From Eledone cirrhosa (taxonomy: Eukaryota), in NCBI GenBank assembly GCA_964016885.1, contig OZ024741.1, forward strand, positions 170,128,001 to 170,192,000: a stretch of 64,000 nucleotides of DNA, given 5' to 3'. A model generated the notes under the pieces. That model had not been told where the DNA came from. It was given only the letters and a program-made list of their open reading frames with translations, and searched no databases. The position numbers were made by a program, and so were the translations under genes. Positions 14,492-28,329 of the stretch are shown one piece after another. The first letter of the stretch is position 1. Every line of letters starts with the position of its first letter.

Positions 14492-15407
14492 CTAGTTTCC
14501 GGATCTTATGTAATTTCCAGTTTATAACATTGAAACAGTAGCTTATAATCGGAAATGCTAGCAAGCCGAGAGCATCCAACTTCATTTTAGATCAATTCTT
14601 TCATTGTTAGTGTTGTCGGATATTTCTTTCTTTAGATTCTTCAACTGACACCCATTAGCTGTTTATTAATTGAATCTCTATAAGCAAATTTAAAGACTAG
14701 ATGAATTCTGCTCTCCGAGGCTCCGATTAAATCTCTGAAGTCCACAAGATAAAATTAAATAATGTAACTTGTAAAATAACTGATACATTAACATGATTTC
14801 TTGTCTCACTGTTTCAATAACTCTGGTCTATACGTCTTTTCTGGTACAAATTGTAATTACTGGATCAAATGAGAAGAATATAGAAAGATGACCTAAATAC
14901 AAGTAGGAGACGCCATCCAAATTATATCCGGTCTAGTCGACAACAACAGCTGAACTTAAAATAGTCTCCATTGACGTTGTAATAATTGCTGTTGTTAAAT
15001 AACACTTGAGTTGTGTAGCAGCTGAACAAACCGAAACAATACATTTAAGAAGGAATATGAAGGGAATGTGATTGATAATTGGATAAATAAATGCATAGTT
15101 ACAGATATCGGAATAATATAGAAACAAATATCTAACAAATATAACGAAAATATAAATATTATTTTTTCGCTTGAATTATCATCGTAGAAGAGATCGCGAG
15201 AAACCTGAAAGGAATTTTTGTTTAGAGCAATAATACAATGAAATAAAGTGTTGCCTAAAAGGAAATGCTACAAGAAAATATAATTACTTCATACATATTA
15301 AGTTTGCTCTCCCTCTCCTTTCTCTCTCTCTCTTTCTCTCTCTCTATCTCTTCCTCTCTCTCTTTTTCTCTCGCTCTCTCTCTTTCTCTCTCGGTGTACA
15401 TGTATAT

Positions 15408-15438
<31 letters not shown>

Positions 15439-15442
15439 TAAA

Positions 15443-15744
15443 CAGTTGTCCCCCGGTATTCACATGGGTTACGTTCCTAGAGCACACGCGAAGAGAGAAC
15501 AATCGCGAATATTGGACGTGGTCCATAAACATGCCTATATACGTCAAAGTATAACGTCAAATAGACCGGAAAATACGGTTTATTGTTATTAATAATTTAG
15601 CGTTAAAAAATATATAAGCCACCAAAAAATCGCAGAAGATATTTACGATTCCGCGAATATGCGGTGGTTTCCACGAATAATTATTAGTTAGGTTCTACGG
15701 ATAATTACGCGAATATCTGGGACCACGAATGTCGGGGGTATACA
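15443..15744. mobile_element. Tigger/pogo-like MITE
   Basis: Imperfect TIRs cagttgtcccccggtattc / gaatgtcgggggtataca; homologous to 29736-30683. Confidence 0.65.
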
Positions 15745-15767
15745 CACACACACAATCTCTCTTTCAC

Positions 15768-15813
<46 letters not shown>

Positions 15814-15890
15814 TCTCTCTCACTCTCTCTCACTCTCTCTCTCTTTCACTCTCTCTCCCTCCCTCTCTCTCTGTATATATATATATATAG

Positions 15891-16573
15891 CTGGAGGTAT
15901 AGTGTCTGTAATGCAAAGCAATACCTCTGATGGCTAGTAGACAACTGAAGACGGATATTCCTAACTTCTATTTCTAATTCTTTATTTATTATACTTAAAT
16001 GCAACAACACAGCTCGCCATTTTTTATTCATATATGCTTTCCCCTTCGCTGGCACCTGTCTTTTTTCTCTTCCCTTACTGCTATCCTTTTCTCTCTCCTT
16101 CTCCCTCTTACTTTCACTCACTCCCTCTGCTAGTCATCCTCTCTCGGCTAGCCTCTTCCTCACACTTTCACTCACTTACTCTCTGCTACTCACCCTCTCT
16201 CTTCCTCCATCGTCCCACACCGTACGTGATCCTTTTCCTCGCTCACATCCGTACGGCTAAGTTGTGTCTTTACCTTCTCGTCAAAATACGCCTGTTCTTA
16301 TGTTCGAAATGAATTATTAACTTGATTTTCTCATTTTATCCTCTCTTTATGTTGCCTCACCATTCGTGTTTGTTTACCTGTCTCTCTTTCTCCACCCAAC
16401 TCTTTTTATCCCAATAACTTATTTTAGATATTGTATCGCCCTAGGTGGAGGTATATTGTCTGTAATACTATGATGGCTAGTAGACAACTGAAGACGAATA
16501 TTCCTAACTTCTATTTCTAATTCTTCAATTATTATACTTAATTTCAAAAGCACAGCTCGCCATCTTTTATTTA
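15891..16573 (+). mobile_element. Non-coding element with ~140-bp direct terminal repeats around a pyrimidine-rich core
   Basis: 15891-16035 repeats at 16445-16573; (TA)n flanks. Confidence 0.65.
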
Positions 16574-16830
16574 TATATATATATATATGTATATATAAGG
16601 TAGATTAGCTATGGTGATACTATAATCATATAAGGCAAAACATGATTCAAAGCTCAAATATGATTTCATTGTACTCAGTAAGATTGGCAAAAGACAGTTC
16701 AGAGTTTAATCCAATTTGTAAATTATATATATCCATGCACTCACGCATACATACATACATATACAATACATACAAATATATTCACAAACATACATTACAT
16801 ACATAGATACATACATACCTACATATATAT

Positions 16831-16899
<69 letters not shown>

Positions 16900-18804
16900 T
16901 ACACACATATTCAAATATAAACACTTACTCATGTACGTATATACATACGTACACATACAAATACATATGTACTTACATATATCTCTCTCTCTCTATAACA
17001 TTCTTTGTCTCTCTCTCTGTCTGTTCCTATGCATTCTCAAACGGCTGGACCAAATCAAATCAAATTTTACTAGGTAGTAGTATTAGACCTCGGGAGACTC
17101 AATATGTAATTTTTATTTTTATTTGGATTAAAACAATATGACATATTATCTAAAATAATATTTCTATAGTGAGCTATAGTAAACCACCACCACGACTACG
17201 ACGACGACGACCGTCATATTTTGTATATGAGTGTGTATGTGTCTGTGTGTATGTGTGTGTTTGCGAGTTCGTTGCATACGTTAGGCGTTAGAGAATTAAG
17301 CACACACAACACACATCTACACGCACATATAGGCTTAGTAAATTGCATACATATTATCTTCACACACAGACAATGAAATACACACACACACACGTACACA
17401 CACATCTACACACACATACAGATACATATGTGATGACAGACAGATGTGCGTGACAGACAGATGTCCGTGTGTGTCTGTCTCAGTATATGTATGTGAGTGT
17501 ATGTGCGAGTGTGTGTGAGTGTATGTGAGAGTGCATGTGTGTGTGAGTGCATGTGTGTGTGAGTGTATGTGAAAGTATGTGTGTGTGTGTGTGTGAGTTA
17601 TGTGTGGTATTTTGTATTTTCATTTGGTGTAGCGACTGTAAAAAAAATGAGGTGCAAAGCTATGCATGTGCCTGCGTGAATGTATGTCTGTGTGTGTCTG
17701 TCTTAGTATATGTATGAAGAGCATTGTCACATATCCTGTAATTATACATAAATCAGCAATCTTTTTTTCCATTTTGTAAAATATAACGACATTTTTTGTG
17801 GTGTTTTGTTTCTCATAAAACCTCTGTTACCACCAAGATAATGATTCACTGTCGTTGCCAAAGCATATAGGCAGACATTGATTTGCCTAAATATAGGGTC
17901 TCCAATTTGTTGCAAATATTCACCTCCAAATTGTCGTGAATAATCAACTCTAAATTCCTCAATATCAGCAGCATTTCACTATTTTATTTCTTGTTTAAAA
18001 TTGTTGTTTTATGTCATTCCGAGAGAAATATTTATACATAAATTAATTTGTCTCTGGAAGGCTTCAGTGAATATACTGTATATACTGAATATACTATATA
18101 TAACTGTATATACTCTTGATCTTCCCAGCTAATGGCAGACGTATTATCATTGACAGTGTTTTGATGTTGATTTTTAATGTTACTGCAAATATATCGTAGC
18201 AGTCGTGGTAAAATCAGTTGATACACGTAATATCAAATACCTTAACGACATGGCTGTTTCAAGGAAATGTATGGGTGATCACACACACACACGCGCGCGC
18301 GCGCATGCGCCCCCACAGATAAGACGAATTGACACAATCGTACAGCGTAGTTTGTTTAGGTTTTCTGTGCTTCGAGTTAAAATGCTAGTGAGTCCAACAT
18401 TTCTTTCCGTTGTTTAAGACACGGCAATTAAAGTACGAATCTAAGATAATGCATTGACAGAGGTTTTAGAGTGACATAGTGATGTCCTTCGCTATTTGTC
18501 GGTGTTGTCTGTGTTCGGACGACAACCTGTGTTTCATCATAGTACCGGTACTTGCTTTTCGCTTCACCAGCATCGATGACATGGAAAAGTGTGACGTGTA
18601 GGCATGAGAAAATGTCCATGCATGCAATTTAACTGTTGAGAAGCGATAGGTTTGCTAGTATTGCTAATAATGATACATAACGAATTCGTTATAGAATTCT
18701 CTCTAGAGACGAAAGTTTAAAATAATTGGCCATTTTGGAAGGAAACTCTGTTTCTAACATTGAGTTCTTGTAGAATTCTTCGATCTTACGATACAAACAC
18801 ACAC

Positions 18805-18852
<48 letters not shown>

Positions 18853-18854
<2 letters not shown>

Positions 18855-19003
18855 CGAAGGCAGTATGGTAAGAAACCAGGTGGACCATAACGCACCAGAG
18901 TACTCAATACTTTGGGTAGTAGAGTGGGTAATAGGAAAATGTAAAAGACCCCGACGGCAGAGCTCAAACTCATCAGCTCTGCCGTCGGGGTCTTGAACAT
19001 TTT

Positions 19004-19007
<4 letters not shown>
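18853..19007. mobile_element. Family B short fold-back
   Basis: Same tail plus inverted arms. Confidence 0.85.
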
Positions 19008-19070
<63 letters not shown>

Positions 19071-19090
19071 ATATACATACATATCTCTAT

Positions 19091-19527
19091 CTAGGGCGGG
19101 TAAAATTCCCGAGATCCATGGACGAGTTCTCTCCAGCGGTCTCTGTCCCTCATTATCGCTGCCATGTCATGCGTCTCCAACAGAACAGTGTTTGTCCTTT
19201 GGGCATCAACATATGTTAATCTTCGTCTTACTCTTCCAGTGAGTCCATACAGGGGCTTACACAGGAGCACTGAGTGCAGTGTCAACTCTGGATGTCGGTG
19301 AGCATGTCCAGCTAACCTCAGTCTCCTCTGTGTCACTTTTGAGCTGACTTTAGGCAGGCTCCCATACAGCTCTTAGTTTTTCATCCTCAGTGTATACTGA
19401 TTAATGTTCAGAGCCATCCTCAGCATTCTTGTGTATCCATCTGAGTGAGTTTCTTGGTAAGTGTCCAATCTCAGACCCGTACAGCAGCACAGACTCCACT
19501 ATAGCTATGAAGAGGCGGATCTTCAAA
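19091..19527 (-). mobile_element. RTE-clade LINE 3' fragment
   Basis: LKIRLFIAIVESVLLYGSE, QRRLRLAGHAHRH, MRDRDRWR. Confidence 0.85.
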
Positions 19528-19839
19528 ACACAGGCAAAAATAAATTGAAATAGAAATATCTCGATATAGTTATTCCTTAAAACCCAGAGTATAATCATAT
19601 GATAATATTACGGAATGAACAATAATTGTATATTTCGTAATATATATGACTAGGCAGAAAACAATCAGAACAGAATTATTACTTGGTTGATTCTCATCTA
19701 ACGTTGACGTAGTTACACACTATGAGTTGGCCTTTCAATTTCCCCAATAAATATTCGTATTCTACTTATGTTTGAGGTCTATATTTTTTAGAAAGTTAAT
19801 CAATACCAGTAGTATTATTATATAATAATACTATCTCAT

Positions 19840-19992
<153 letters not shown>

Positions 19993-19994
19993 TT

Positions 19995-20607
19995 TGGTGG
20001 CTGCCAACTCGTTTTCGAGTGCGGCCACTACTTTATATCCATGTAGGAGAACCCCTACCGATGCGCTGAACGAGTGTGACTTTTTAGTCCAGCCAGCGAC
20101 TTGAAAACTCTGGTACAAACACTACACTCTTGACAATTATTGACACATAGTGCTGGGTCCATGGTACCATGTGACGACAAGTACAGAGAGATCTCCAGAT
20201 ATAAAACAATGCCTGTGCCGTGAAGCTTTTATAGTGAGCAAAGGTACTGCACAAAGCCAGTCCCACTCTCTTAACCAAGATGATATTTACCAAAAAGAAG
20301 AACAAGTCAACATCATTGGATACCATCAGGGTTGCAGGTGTTATATCAGAGTTTTCCTTCTCCTAGAATTCTGCCTTGACAAAGGCTAAGGGGTCATCTC
20401 TCCCGGTGATTTTAGATGACCATTGACTCTTAAGAGCTCCTTTGCCCTTTGACAGGTTTTGTTTTTAGTCCTGCATGATGTCCAAAGTTACCCTCCTCAC
20501 CAAGAAACCTTGGTGGGGTTGCCAGTTTAGTCGTCAACGACCCGACCATGAGACAGGTTGAACTGGGATACATGTTACCAGTAGCACCAATTGGTGACCT
20601 GACATAA
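19995..20607 (-). mobile_element. ~600-bp non-coding interspersed repeat ending in (TA)n; second copy at 60372-60990
   Basis: Colinear similarity including 5' end (ggtcac..tgctactggtaacatgt..catggtcgggtcgt) and 3' end (ggcagcca.ca). Confidence 0.7.
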
Positions 20608-20722
20608 TATATATATATATACATTCATATATACATTCATATCTACAGGGTGTCCCCCCCAAAAAAAATGTCTACAGACTTTGATTAGAATGCTGTTGAA
20701 GTGTATATATATATATGTTGAA

Positions 20723-20799
<77 letters not shown>

Positions 20800-20803
<4 letters not shown>

Positions 20804-21850
20804 TGGTTTAATCACAAACCGTGCTTTGATTCTTAGTAAAAGACAGCCGAAAAATGTGAAGCAATTACTAACAAAAGCAAAGTCTGACCTTAACAACAAA
20901 GACCAATCATTCACTGTATCTAAATGCAATGATTGTCGATGTGGCACATGTCAGTTCATACATGAACACAAAAACTGGAAAAATATTCCCAAATGCAAAT
21001 ATGAACTGCAAAAGCAGAAATCTAATTTACTGCATTAAATGCCCGAATTATGAAGAACTATATGTCGGTCAAACTGTAAATGTAATATCGGAACGTGCAC
21101 GGGTGTACCGACAGCAAATCAGAGACCCAAATGTCCGTCAGATACCCCTGAGTAACCATCTAGCAACATGTGGTCAGAAAATATTTATATTTCCATTCTA
21201 CAAACTACACAGCCTAAGTGAAATCAAGAGAAAAATTAAAGAAAAGAATTTTATTGATAAATTCCAACCCAAGCTAAATGAACAATAATAATGCTTAGGG
21301 GTATTACTCCTACTATGACTACGCCTACGACCATGTCGACTACCACCACTAACAACAACAACAACAATAATAATAATAAAAGTGATGTTGATGTTGATGA
21401 TTACTGAAGATTTTTATAAAAACCCTAGAAAATGCTATTTTCATCATTTCTAAAAATAGCAAAACAATTGATGATTTGGATAGGGTCAAATAGAAGTCAT
21501 TATACATGCTCAACCAACCGTGACGTCTAAACCAATCAGCTTTAGTAATCTAGTGAAACCACACACCGATTGGTTGAAATACAGTTTACAAAATTTAGCA
21601 TTCTGTAGTTCCTTTTCACTGTATATAAGGCACAGATTTTAGCCATCTCATTACAGTTGAAAATTGCAAACTTGACTGTCACCACTGAATATGAACCTGA
21701 AGATTGCGAAAGCATGAAAGTGCTTGTTCAATTAACATTTAACACTTAATATTCTACAATACTATTTCATTATAATATCATTATAATTTTAAAGGATTGT
21801 AAGTAAAACGAGTAAATCAGACAAAGTTGGAATTCCTTTTATTAATATAT
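20800..21850 (+). mobile_element. 5'-truncated PLE (Neptune-like Cys linker + GIY-YIG, about 20826-21288) with 3' pLTR
   Basis: KRQPKNVKQLL, CNDCRCGTC, NLIYCIKC..LYVGQT, FIDKFQPKLN; CCAAT/TATA and an HHR downstream. Confidence 0.85.
21692..21730 (+). ncRNA. Minimal type I hammerhead ribozyme
   Basis: tgaac-CTGAAGA-t-tgc gaaa gca-t-GAAA-gtgc-TT-gttca. Confidence 0.75.
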
Positions 21851-22205
21851 CTATATATATCTATACCTCCCCATAAATATATATATGCACACACACATAG
21901 AAAGAGATAGGTACTGGGAAAGCAATCTCTGGTTATTTAAATATTCGATATCTATCAGCTTAAAGAACATTTTTAAAAGCATCATGCTGGCTGCCGAATA
22001 AATAAGACTGCGACATAAAATAAATGTCTTCTTAGTATTAGGCTTCATTATTTGACATTATCTGACAAGCTGGCAAATTCAGTGGAGATGTTATGTCAAT
22101 CTTCCGAAAGTACGCCCACTGATGAAACTTACATTAGTTAAAGAAGCAACAGAATGAAAAAAACAAAAACAAAAAGCAAAAATCTGTGTTTTTAGAGTAC
22201 TCTCA

Positions 22206-22206
<1 letters not shown>

Positions 22207-22289
<83 letters not shown>

Positions 22290-25200
22290 GTTATTACTCT
22301 TTGAGTCTCAGTCATTGATGTTAGTTAACTGGAAAGTTTGTGGAAATGAATATCAAGCCACTACCTCCAGCCTCAGATATTCAGGACGTATCGGAGGGTT
22401 CTTGCTGTTCCCAGCAAGCATGCCTTTTGAAGCGTTCCAAAAAGCGTAAAGGGGCAAATTTTCTTTAACCATCCCTGGAAACTTTTTGAGATAGTCCCTA
22501 GTGCTCCTATGACAATCGGGATCACTTTGACTTCATGGCAGTTCCAGATCCTTTTTACCTCCCACTTTAAGTCCTGGTATCGGTTAATTTTCTCCCTCTC
22601 CTTCTCTTGCACTCTCGTGTCGAATGGGCAGGCCACATCCACAATCAGGCACGATCTTTTTTCTTTATCCACAACCACCAGGTCAGGTCTATTGTGTTCC
22701 AGTTTCTTGTCCGTCTGCATCCTAAAATCCTACAGCACCTTCACCTGATCGTTTTCTATCACCGCCTCTGGCTTATGCTCATACCACTTCTCAGAATGTG
22801 GTAAATTGTTTACTTTGCATAGGTGCCAGTGGATCACCCTGCCCATCACATCATGTCTCCAGCCCTTATAGTGAGTCTGGGCTAGGTGTTTACACTCGGA
22901 TACAATGTGAGCCACAGTCTCCTCTCTCTCTCCACAGATCCTGCACAGTGGACTAGCCTCCTCCTTGTAAATATGGTGTTTCAACCACTTCGTTTTGAGG
23001 GCCTGCTCCTGCGCAGCCATTAACATTCCTTCTGTAGCCTTTTTAAGGTCTCCTCTTTTCAACCAGTTCCATGTCTGTGGATCTCTAAATTCAGTTTTCT
23101 CAAAGAAGGTACTATGAAGGGATTTTTCCTGAAGGCTGCTCTTTCTCCTTGATGTTATTTCCTCCTTGGACATCCCCTGGCCTATTGTCCCCTCCTTCAG
23201 TACAGTTCTGAGCATTGGCTCCTTACTATCAGTCACGTATTTGTGTAGGTTGTTTTTCTCCATCTGAACACAGTCCTCTATGCTGATAAGACCTCTTCCA
23301 CCCTCAGATCTCCTTAAGTAGAGTCTATCGACATCACTCCTCTTGTGGAACATGTTGTAGATAGTCAATAGCTTCCTAGTCTTCCTATCCATTTCTTTCT
23401 GTTCAGCAACATTCCATCTCAGAATTCCCGCACTGTACCTAATAATAGACACAGCTCGGGAATTTACTGCACTTATGGCATTCCTACTGTGCAGATGTGA
23501 TTTAATACGCTCCTTACTCTCCGAATGTATTCAGTTCTTATCAATTCCTTCATTTTTTTGTTCTTGATGTCATCAGCCTCCAGAACGCCCAAATACTTGT
23601 ATCCTTCTTCAGAGTCAATTTCCTTTATCATCTCAGCCGTTGGTACCTGGATTCCGTTACTTCTGCTCAACTTACCCCTCCTCATCACAATGACTCCACA
23701 CTTACTAATACCAAATTGCATACATATATCATTACTGAAAATACGGACAGTGTCAACAAGCACATCCAACTCCTTCTCACTCTTTCCGAAGAGCTTAAGA
23801 TCGTCCATGAAGAGGAGGTGATTGATGGTAAGCCCTCCCTTTCCCAACCTGTATCCTGCACTCACTTATCGCAGTACACTGGTCAGGGGCATCAGGGCAG
23901 GGACAAACAACAGAGGGGACAGACTATCTCCCTGGAAGATACCTCTCTTGATCTTCACGCTTCCCAAGGATTCTCCAGTTGATGTTAACTCTGTTTCCCA
24001 GGACTTCATACTTTTGCCCAACAACTGTCTGATGTTATCTGCCACCTTGAAGATCTCCAGGCTTTTGGTGATCCAAGAATGAGGCCCCATGTCAAATGCC
24101 TTTTTGTAGTCTATCCATCAAATGGCAAGACCAGTGTGTCTCCTCTTGCAATTCCTCATTACCATCTTATCAATAAGTAACTGGTCCTTTGTACCACGTG
24201 ACTTCTTTCGGCATCCTTTCTGTTCGTCCGGTAACAAGTTGTTTGTGTGGAGGTGATGGTAGATTTCCTCAGACATAATGCTTGTCAACAGTTTCCACAT
24301 TACGGACAGGTATGTGATAGGTCTATAGTTGGTAACATCATTACCCTTGAATCGCTCTTTCATTATCAGAACTGTGGTACCTCTTGTCAACCACTCTGGT
24401 ACCTCACCTGACATCAAGCAGTCATTGAACATGGTTGTCAGTTTTGGGTGGAGGGATGTTATGTTTTTAATCCAATACCCCTTCACACCATCTGGGCGTG
24501 GTGATTTCCAGTTGGTTAGTTTTTTGGCCTGCCCCTTAAGAGTTTCAACTGTGATACTCAAATCAGTTTGTTGGTGTGCCTGTTCACTAATCTCCTTCTG
24601 TATTGTCTCAATCCACACTGCCTGGTCATTATGTTTAACATCCTGCTCCCATATTCCTCTCCAGATGTTTTAGTTTGTTCCGCCTCAGGGATCATGTCGT
24701 TGCCTCTTTCTTTCCCTTCAAGCTGTCCAAACAGCATCTTCTGGTTGTTGTCGAACATGCGGTTCTGTCTATACTGGCTGACTCTGTTCTCGTATCGCCT
24801 GATTTTTGCACTCTTTGCTACAATGCGTTGCTTCAGTTCCTCTATGATAATATTTAGCTTTTTCCTCCTAGTTTTGTACTTTATTTCCAGTCTATTTTTA
24901 GTGTCTATGTTTTTTAGTGTCCCATTCAGTAGGGTTTCACGCTTTCCAATGTCATTTCTCATTTCCCTGATTTGACCACTCAGTCGTTTCTTCCACCAAG
25001 GCTCTGCTCTTTCTTGTCTGTTGTTTCCTCTCGCTTTTATACCAAGTAGTTTCCTGACCGTATTTGCTGTTGCTTTGAAGATATTGTTGCACTGGTGAAG
25101 GCTCCTCGCCTCAAGGTATGGGATGACTTTGTTTACCTTAGCTGTTGTTTCTTTTAACTTTTTCCTGTATACAAATCTTAGGTTCATAGGTCTGCCACTA

Positions 25201-25865
25201 TCATTGTTCAATTCATCTACCACTAAGTTTAGGATATCAACCAAATCTTGTCCTAGCCCGTCAGCATTCATCTCCTCAGTGGCCGTATCTCTGTTCCAGG
25301 TATTATTTATTCATAGCATTCAGATCATTGTCTGCTTCTGGTGGTTCCTCCGTTCTCTCGACCTCTTCACCTTCATTTCCCACTGGCTCGTTTGCCTGGC
25401 ATACTCCACTCTCCATCTCTAAGCTAATCTCTCTGCTCAGTTCCTCCAGTTCCAGCTCGCTTATCCACCCATTAGTTCTTATTACCCGAGCCTGCCCGGC
25501 CAATTTTTGTTCATCTAATTTAAATAGACCAATCTCGTTCCAGATGTTATGCATCCGTTTCCTATAGCCTTTCTCCTTGGGGTTACTCTTCAGGTAACAT
25601 TGCATAACAGTTCTATTCAATTCTTTCGTTCAGTTGGTTCTGGTCCCTTTCCTTCTTCTTCTTCCTCCGACACCAGCAGTATTTGGTTGACAGCCAGGTC
25701 CCTGCTGCTGAACAAGGGAGCACCTGTTGGGTGAGAGTCTGTCACATGACATTCTAGTCTCCATTTCACCGTTATTCGAACTGTTTAGGTTCGACATTTA
25801 AACACTCTTATCGAGGATTGGCGAATGTATGGTTACATAACCACCGGTGAATTCATCGTCTCCGG
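22207..25865 (-). mobile_element. Dong/R4-like RLE LINE, near full length, multiply disrupted, 3' end in (TAA)n
   Basis: NYRPITYL, EQKGCR, IFQGDSLSPLLF, LFMDDLKL, CRICGEREETVAHIVSEC, RHD, RPDLVV..IVDVACP. (TAA)n targeting is a known property of Dong elements. Confidence 0.9.
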
Positions 25866-26189
25866 TGGTTCCGTCACTTCACGTGATTTTTGTGTGGCAT
25901 TATCACGCTGTAGACGAACATAAATAAACAAACAAACAAACAGGCACCCCCCTCCCCAATGAATAAGCATAAGTTTCATTGTAATGTAGTGTTTGAATGT
26001 CTGACTTAGTTTTTCCCTTCCCTTCTCTGTCCGACTGTTTGTTTTTCTCTTCATTCTTATTTTCTTTACGTTTTTCGTTGTTGCTGTGCTGCTTTGATTT
26101 TGATTTTTGTTATTTTGATTTTGACCGGGTCATCAATTCAGTCTATTTATATATTTTGATGCCTTCCTCTTTTAGTGGGGGTTCTACGA

Positions 26190-26990
26190 TGTAGCAGGGG
26201 GTAGCGGGAGAGAATAGCGGCGGTAGTGATAATGAGGCAGTGGTGGTGGTGGTGGTGGCGGTGCTGTGCTAGCAGCAACTAGCCGGAGGCAGTGGGAGAG
26301 AATAGCGGCGGTAGCGATAAATCATTATTAGGCAGTGGTGGTGGTGATGTGGTCGTATTACTGTAGTGATGGTGTTGAAGTTGGAGTAGAAATAGCCGTT
26401 GAGTCGACTTAACCAGAGTTTTCATCGTGGTAGTGGTGGTGGTGTTGGTGGTGAAATTATCTTTAGTTATTTAGTCATTTTGTCATTTTCCTCCTTTTCG
26501 ACTCTAACATTCCTGATCCAAAATTAAATATTAATCTTGTTTATTAATATTGTCTAGTGATACCGCCATCTTCCCCTTTCGTAAGTTAACAGAAGGTAAT
26601 GGGGGGATAGCGGTGGTAGCAATGAAGGAGTGGTGGCCGCGGTGATGGGATAGTGGTAGTAATGATGGATGGGCGGCAGTGGCGGTAACTGTAGTGATGG
26701 CGTTGTCGTTACTGAGTTTTGTTGAATGAACTGTATTTTTGTTTGATCGGTGAATCTATGGGGTTAGTCGCGTATATGTGTTGACATATTTTCTTCATAT
26801 TGGAATTAAACATTTTGTTAAAACTTGAGACAATAATAATAGTAATTACTATTATTATGCTGAGATTGGTGGTGGTGGTGGTGAAATTGCCGTTATCTAG
26901 CTGATGTGTTTAGTGTACACAGAGGGGTGATGGGGTAGGTGGTGTATCTAGTTTCTGGTGTTGGTGAAATTGCTGTTATTTGGCTGTTCT
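26190..26990. repeat. Degenerate (GGT/GGC/AGT)n low-complexity region
   Basis: Direct inspection. Confidence 0.7.
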
Positions 26991-27164
26991 ATATAGTGTA
27001 GACAGAGGGGGTTTTCTTACATTTATAACCATTTTCTTTTTTGAATATAAAATGTCTTCTTCTTCTTCTTCTTCTTCTTCTTCTTCTTCTTCTTCTTCTT
27101 CTCTCTCTCTTTATATATATATATATATATTATTATACATATTATACATTTTATTATATTATAC

Positions 27165-27251
<87 letters not shown>

Positions 27252-27253
<2 letters not shown>

Positions 27254-27392
27254 CAAAGAAAGTGTGGTAAAGAACCAGGTGGACCATAAAGCACCAGAGT
27301 ACTCGATACTTAGGGTAGTAGAGTGGGTAATAAGAAAAGCGTCTGGAGGACCTCTACGGCTGAGTTCCGGCCGTTTCGACAGCTAGATCGAT
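27252..27392 (-). mobile_element. Family B single-arm copy
   Basis: Matches the family B terminus. Confidence 0.8.
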
Positions 27393-27729
27393 GTTAAAAC
27401 CCGAACAATCTCTTCAGTTCTTTCAGTTTGGATGTTTATATCGTTCATGACATTTTAGACCTGCCAAGCCTTATTAGTTTCATGCTTTATATTGGAAGAA
27501 AGAGGAAAGAAAGTTCGGCGCGTCGGGCTTAAGCCATTTTCTTCATGAGTAGAAATAGAAACAGGATCACATTGGAGAAACTGAAAGAATGCCGAATAAA
27601 GACAAAAAATCGAAAATGAGAAGGGAAAACAAAAAAGCCGTTAGGTAGTCATATAATCACTTCGGACATGTTACCACATGGATACACGCTTGAATATATC
27701 TTTCATCAGAGAAGAGAGATGACTCCTTT

Positions 27730-27957
27730 TACGGGAATATAAAACAAAAAATATCGACAGTCGATCGACTTCGGACCGAGGAAACAATTTTTCCGTTGGT
27801 CTTTCCACCTGCTAATATTCTCAATCGGTCGCAACTCCAGGTAGAAGGAGCAGCGTGAAATAAAGTGTGTTGCTCAAGGACATAACGCATCGTCCGGTCG
27901 AGGAATCGAACTCTTAAACTCACGAACGCGAATTCAATTTTCATACCACTCAGCAAT
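27730..27957 (-). mobile_element. tRNA-derived SINE, degenerate; relative at 52540-52845
   Basis: B box GAGTTCGATTCC on minus, followed by gtccttgagcaacacactttatttcacg. Confidence 0.7.
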
Positions 27958-28329
27958 ATTAATGTCCTCTACCTTTCATACATGTGTATGTATGTGTGTG
28001 TATGTATATATATATGTGAGCATGTTTAATTTTATATGTGCGTATAATGTATCTTGTATACGTATGTGTAAGTTTTTGAATATTTTTTATATATTTTCTC
28101 GTACGCCATTTTATATGTATATTTGTGTATACACATATATATATTTATTTACATATATGTAGGCACCTGCGTATATATATTTAGTATGTGTATAAGTGTG
28201 TATGCTTTTAAATGCATGTATCTATTTTGATCTATTCTCTTACTTAATTCTCTCACTCAATACATACTTACATACATATTAGAGTGGGAGAGAAAGAAAG
28301 TGAGAGAGAGATAATAAACATTCGAGATA

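Noticed and set aside
14922-15025. Possible minus-strand terminal host exon (..CYTTQVLFNNSNYYNVNGDYFKFSCCCRLDRI*) after a ttcag acceptor
   Set aside because: No recognisable homology and no supportable partner exons; needs RNA-seq.
17740-18640. Protein-like short frames on the minus strand (AADIEEFRVDYSRQFGG..; LNCMHGHF..CHRC)
   Set aside because: Bounded by stops, no recognisable domain, splice sites unconvincing.
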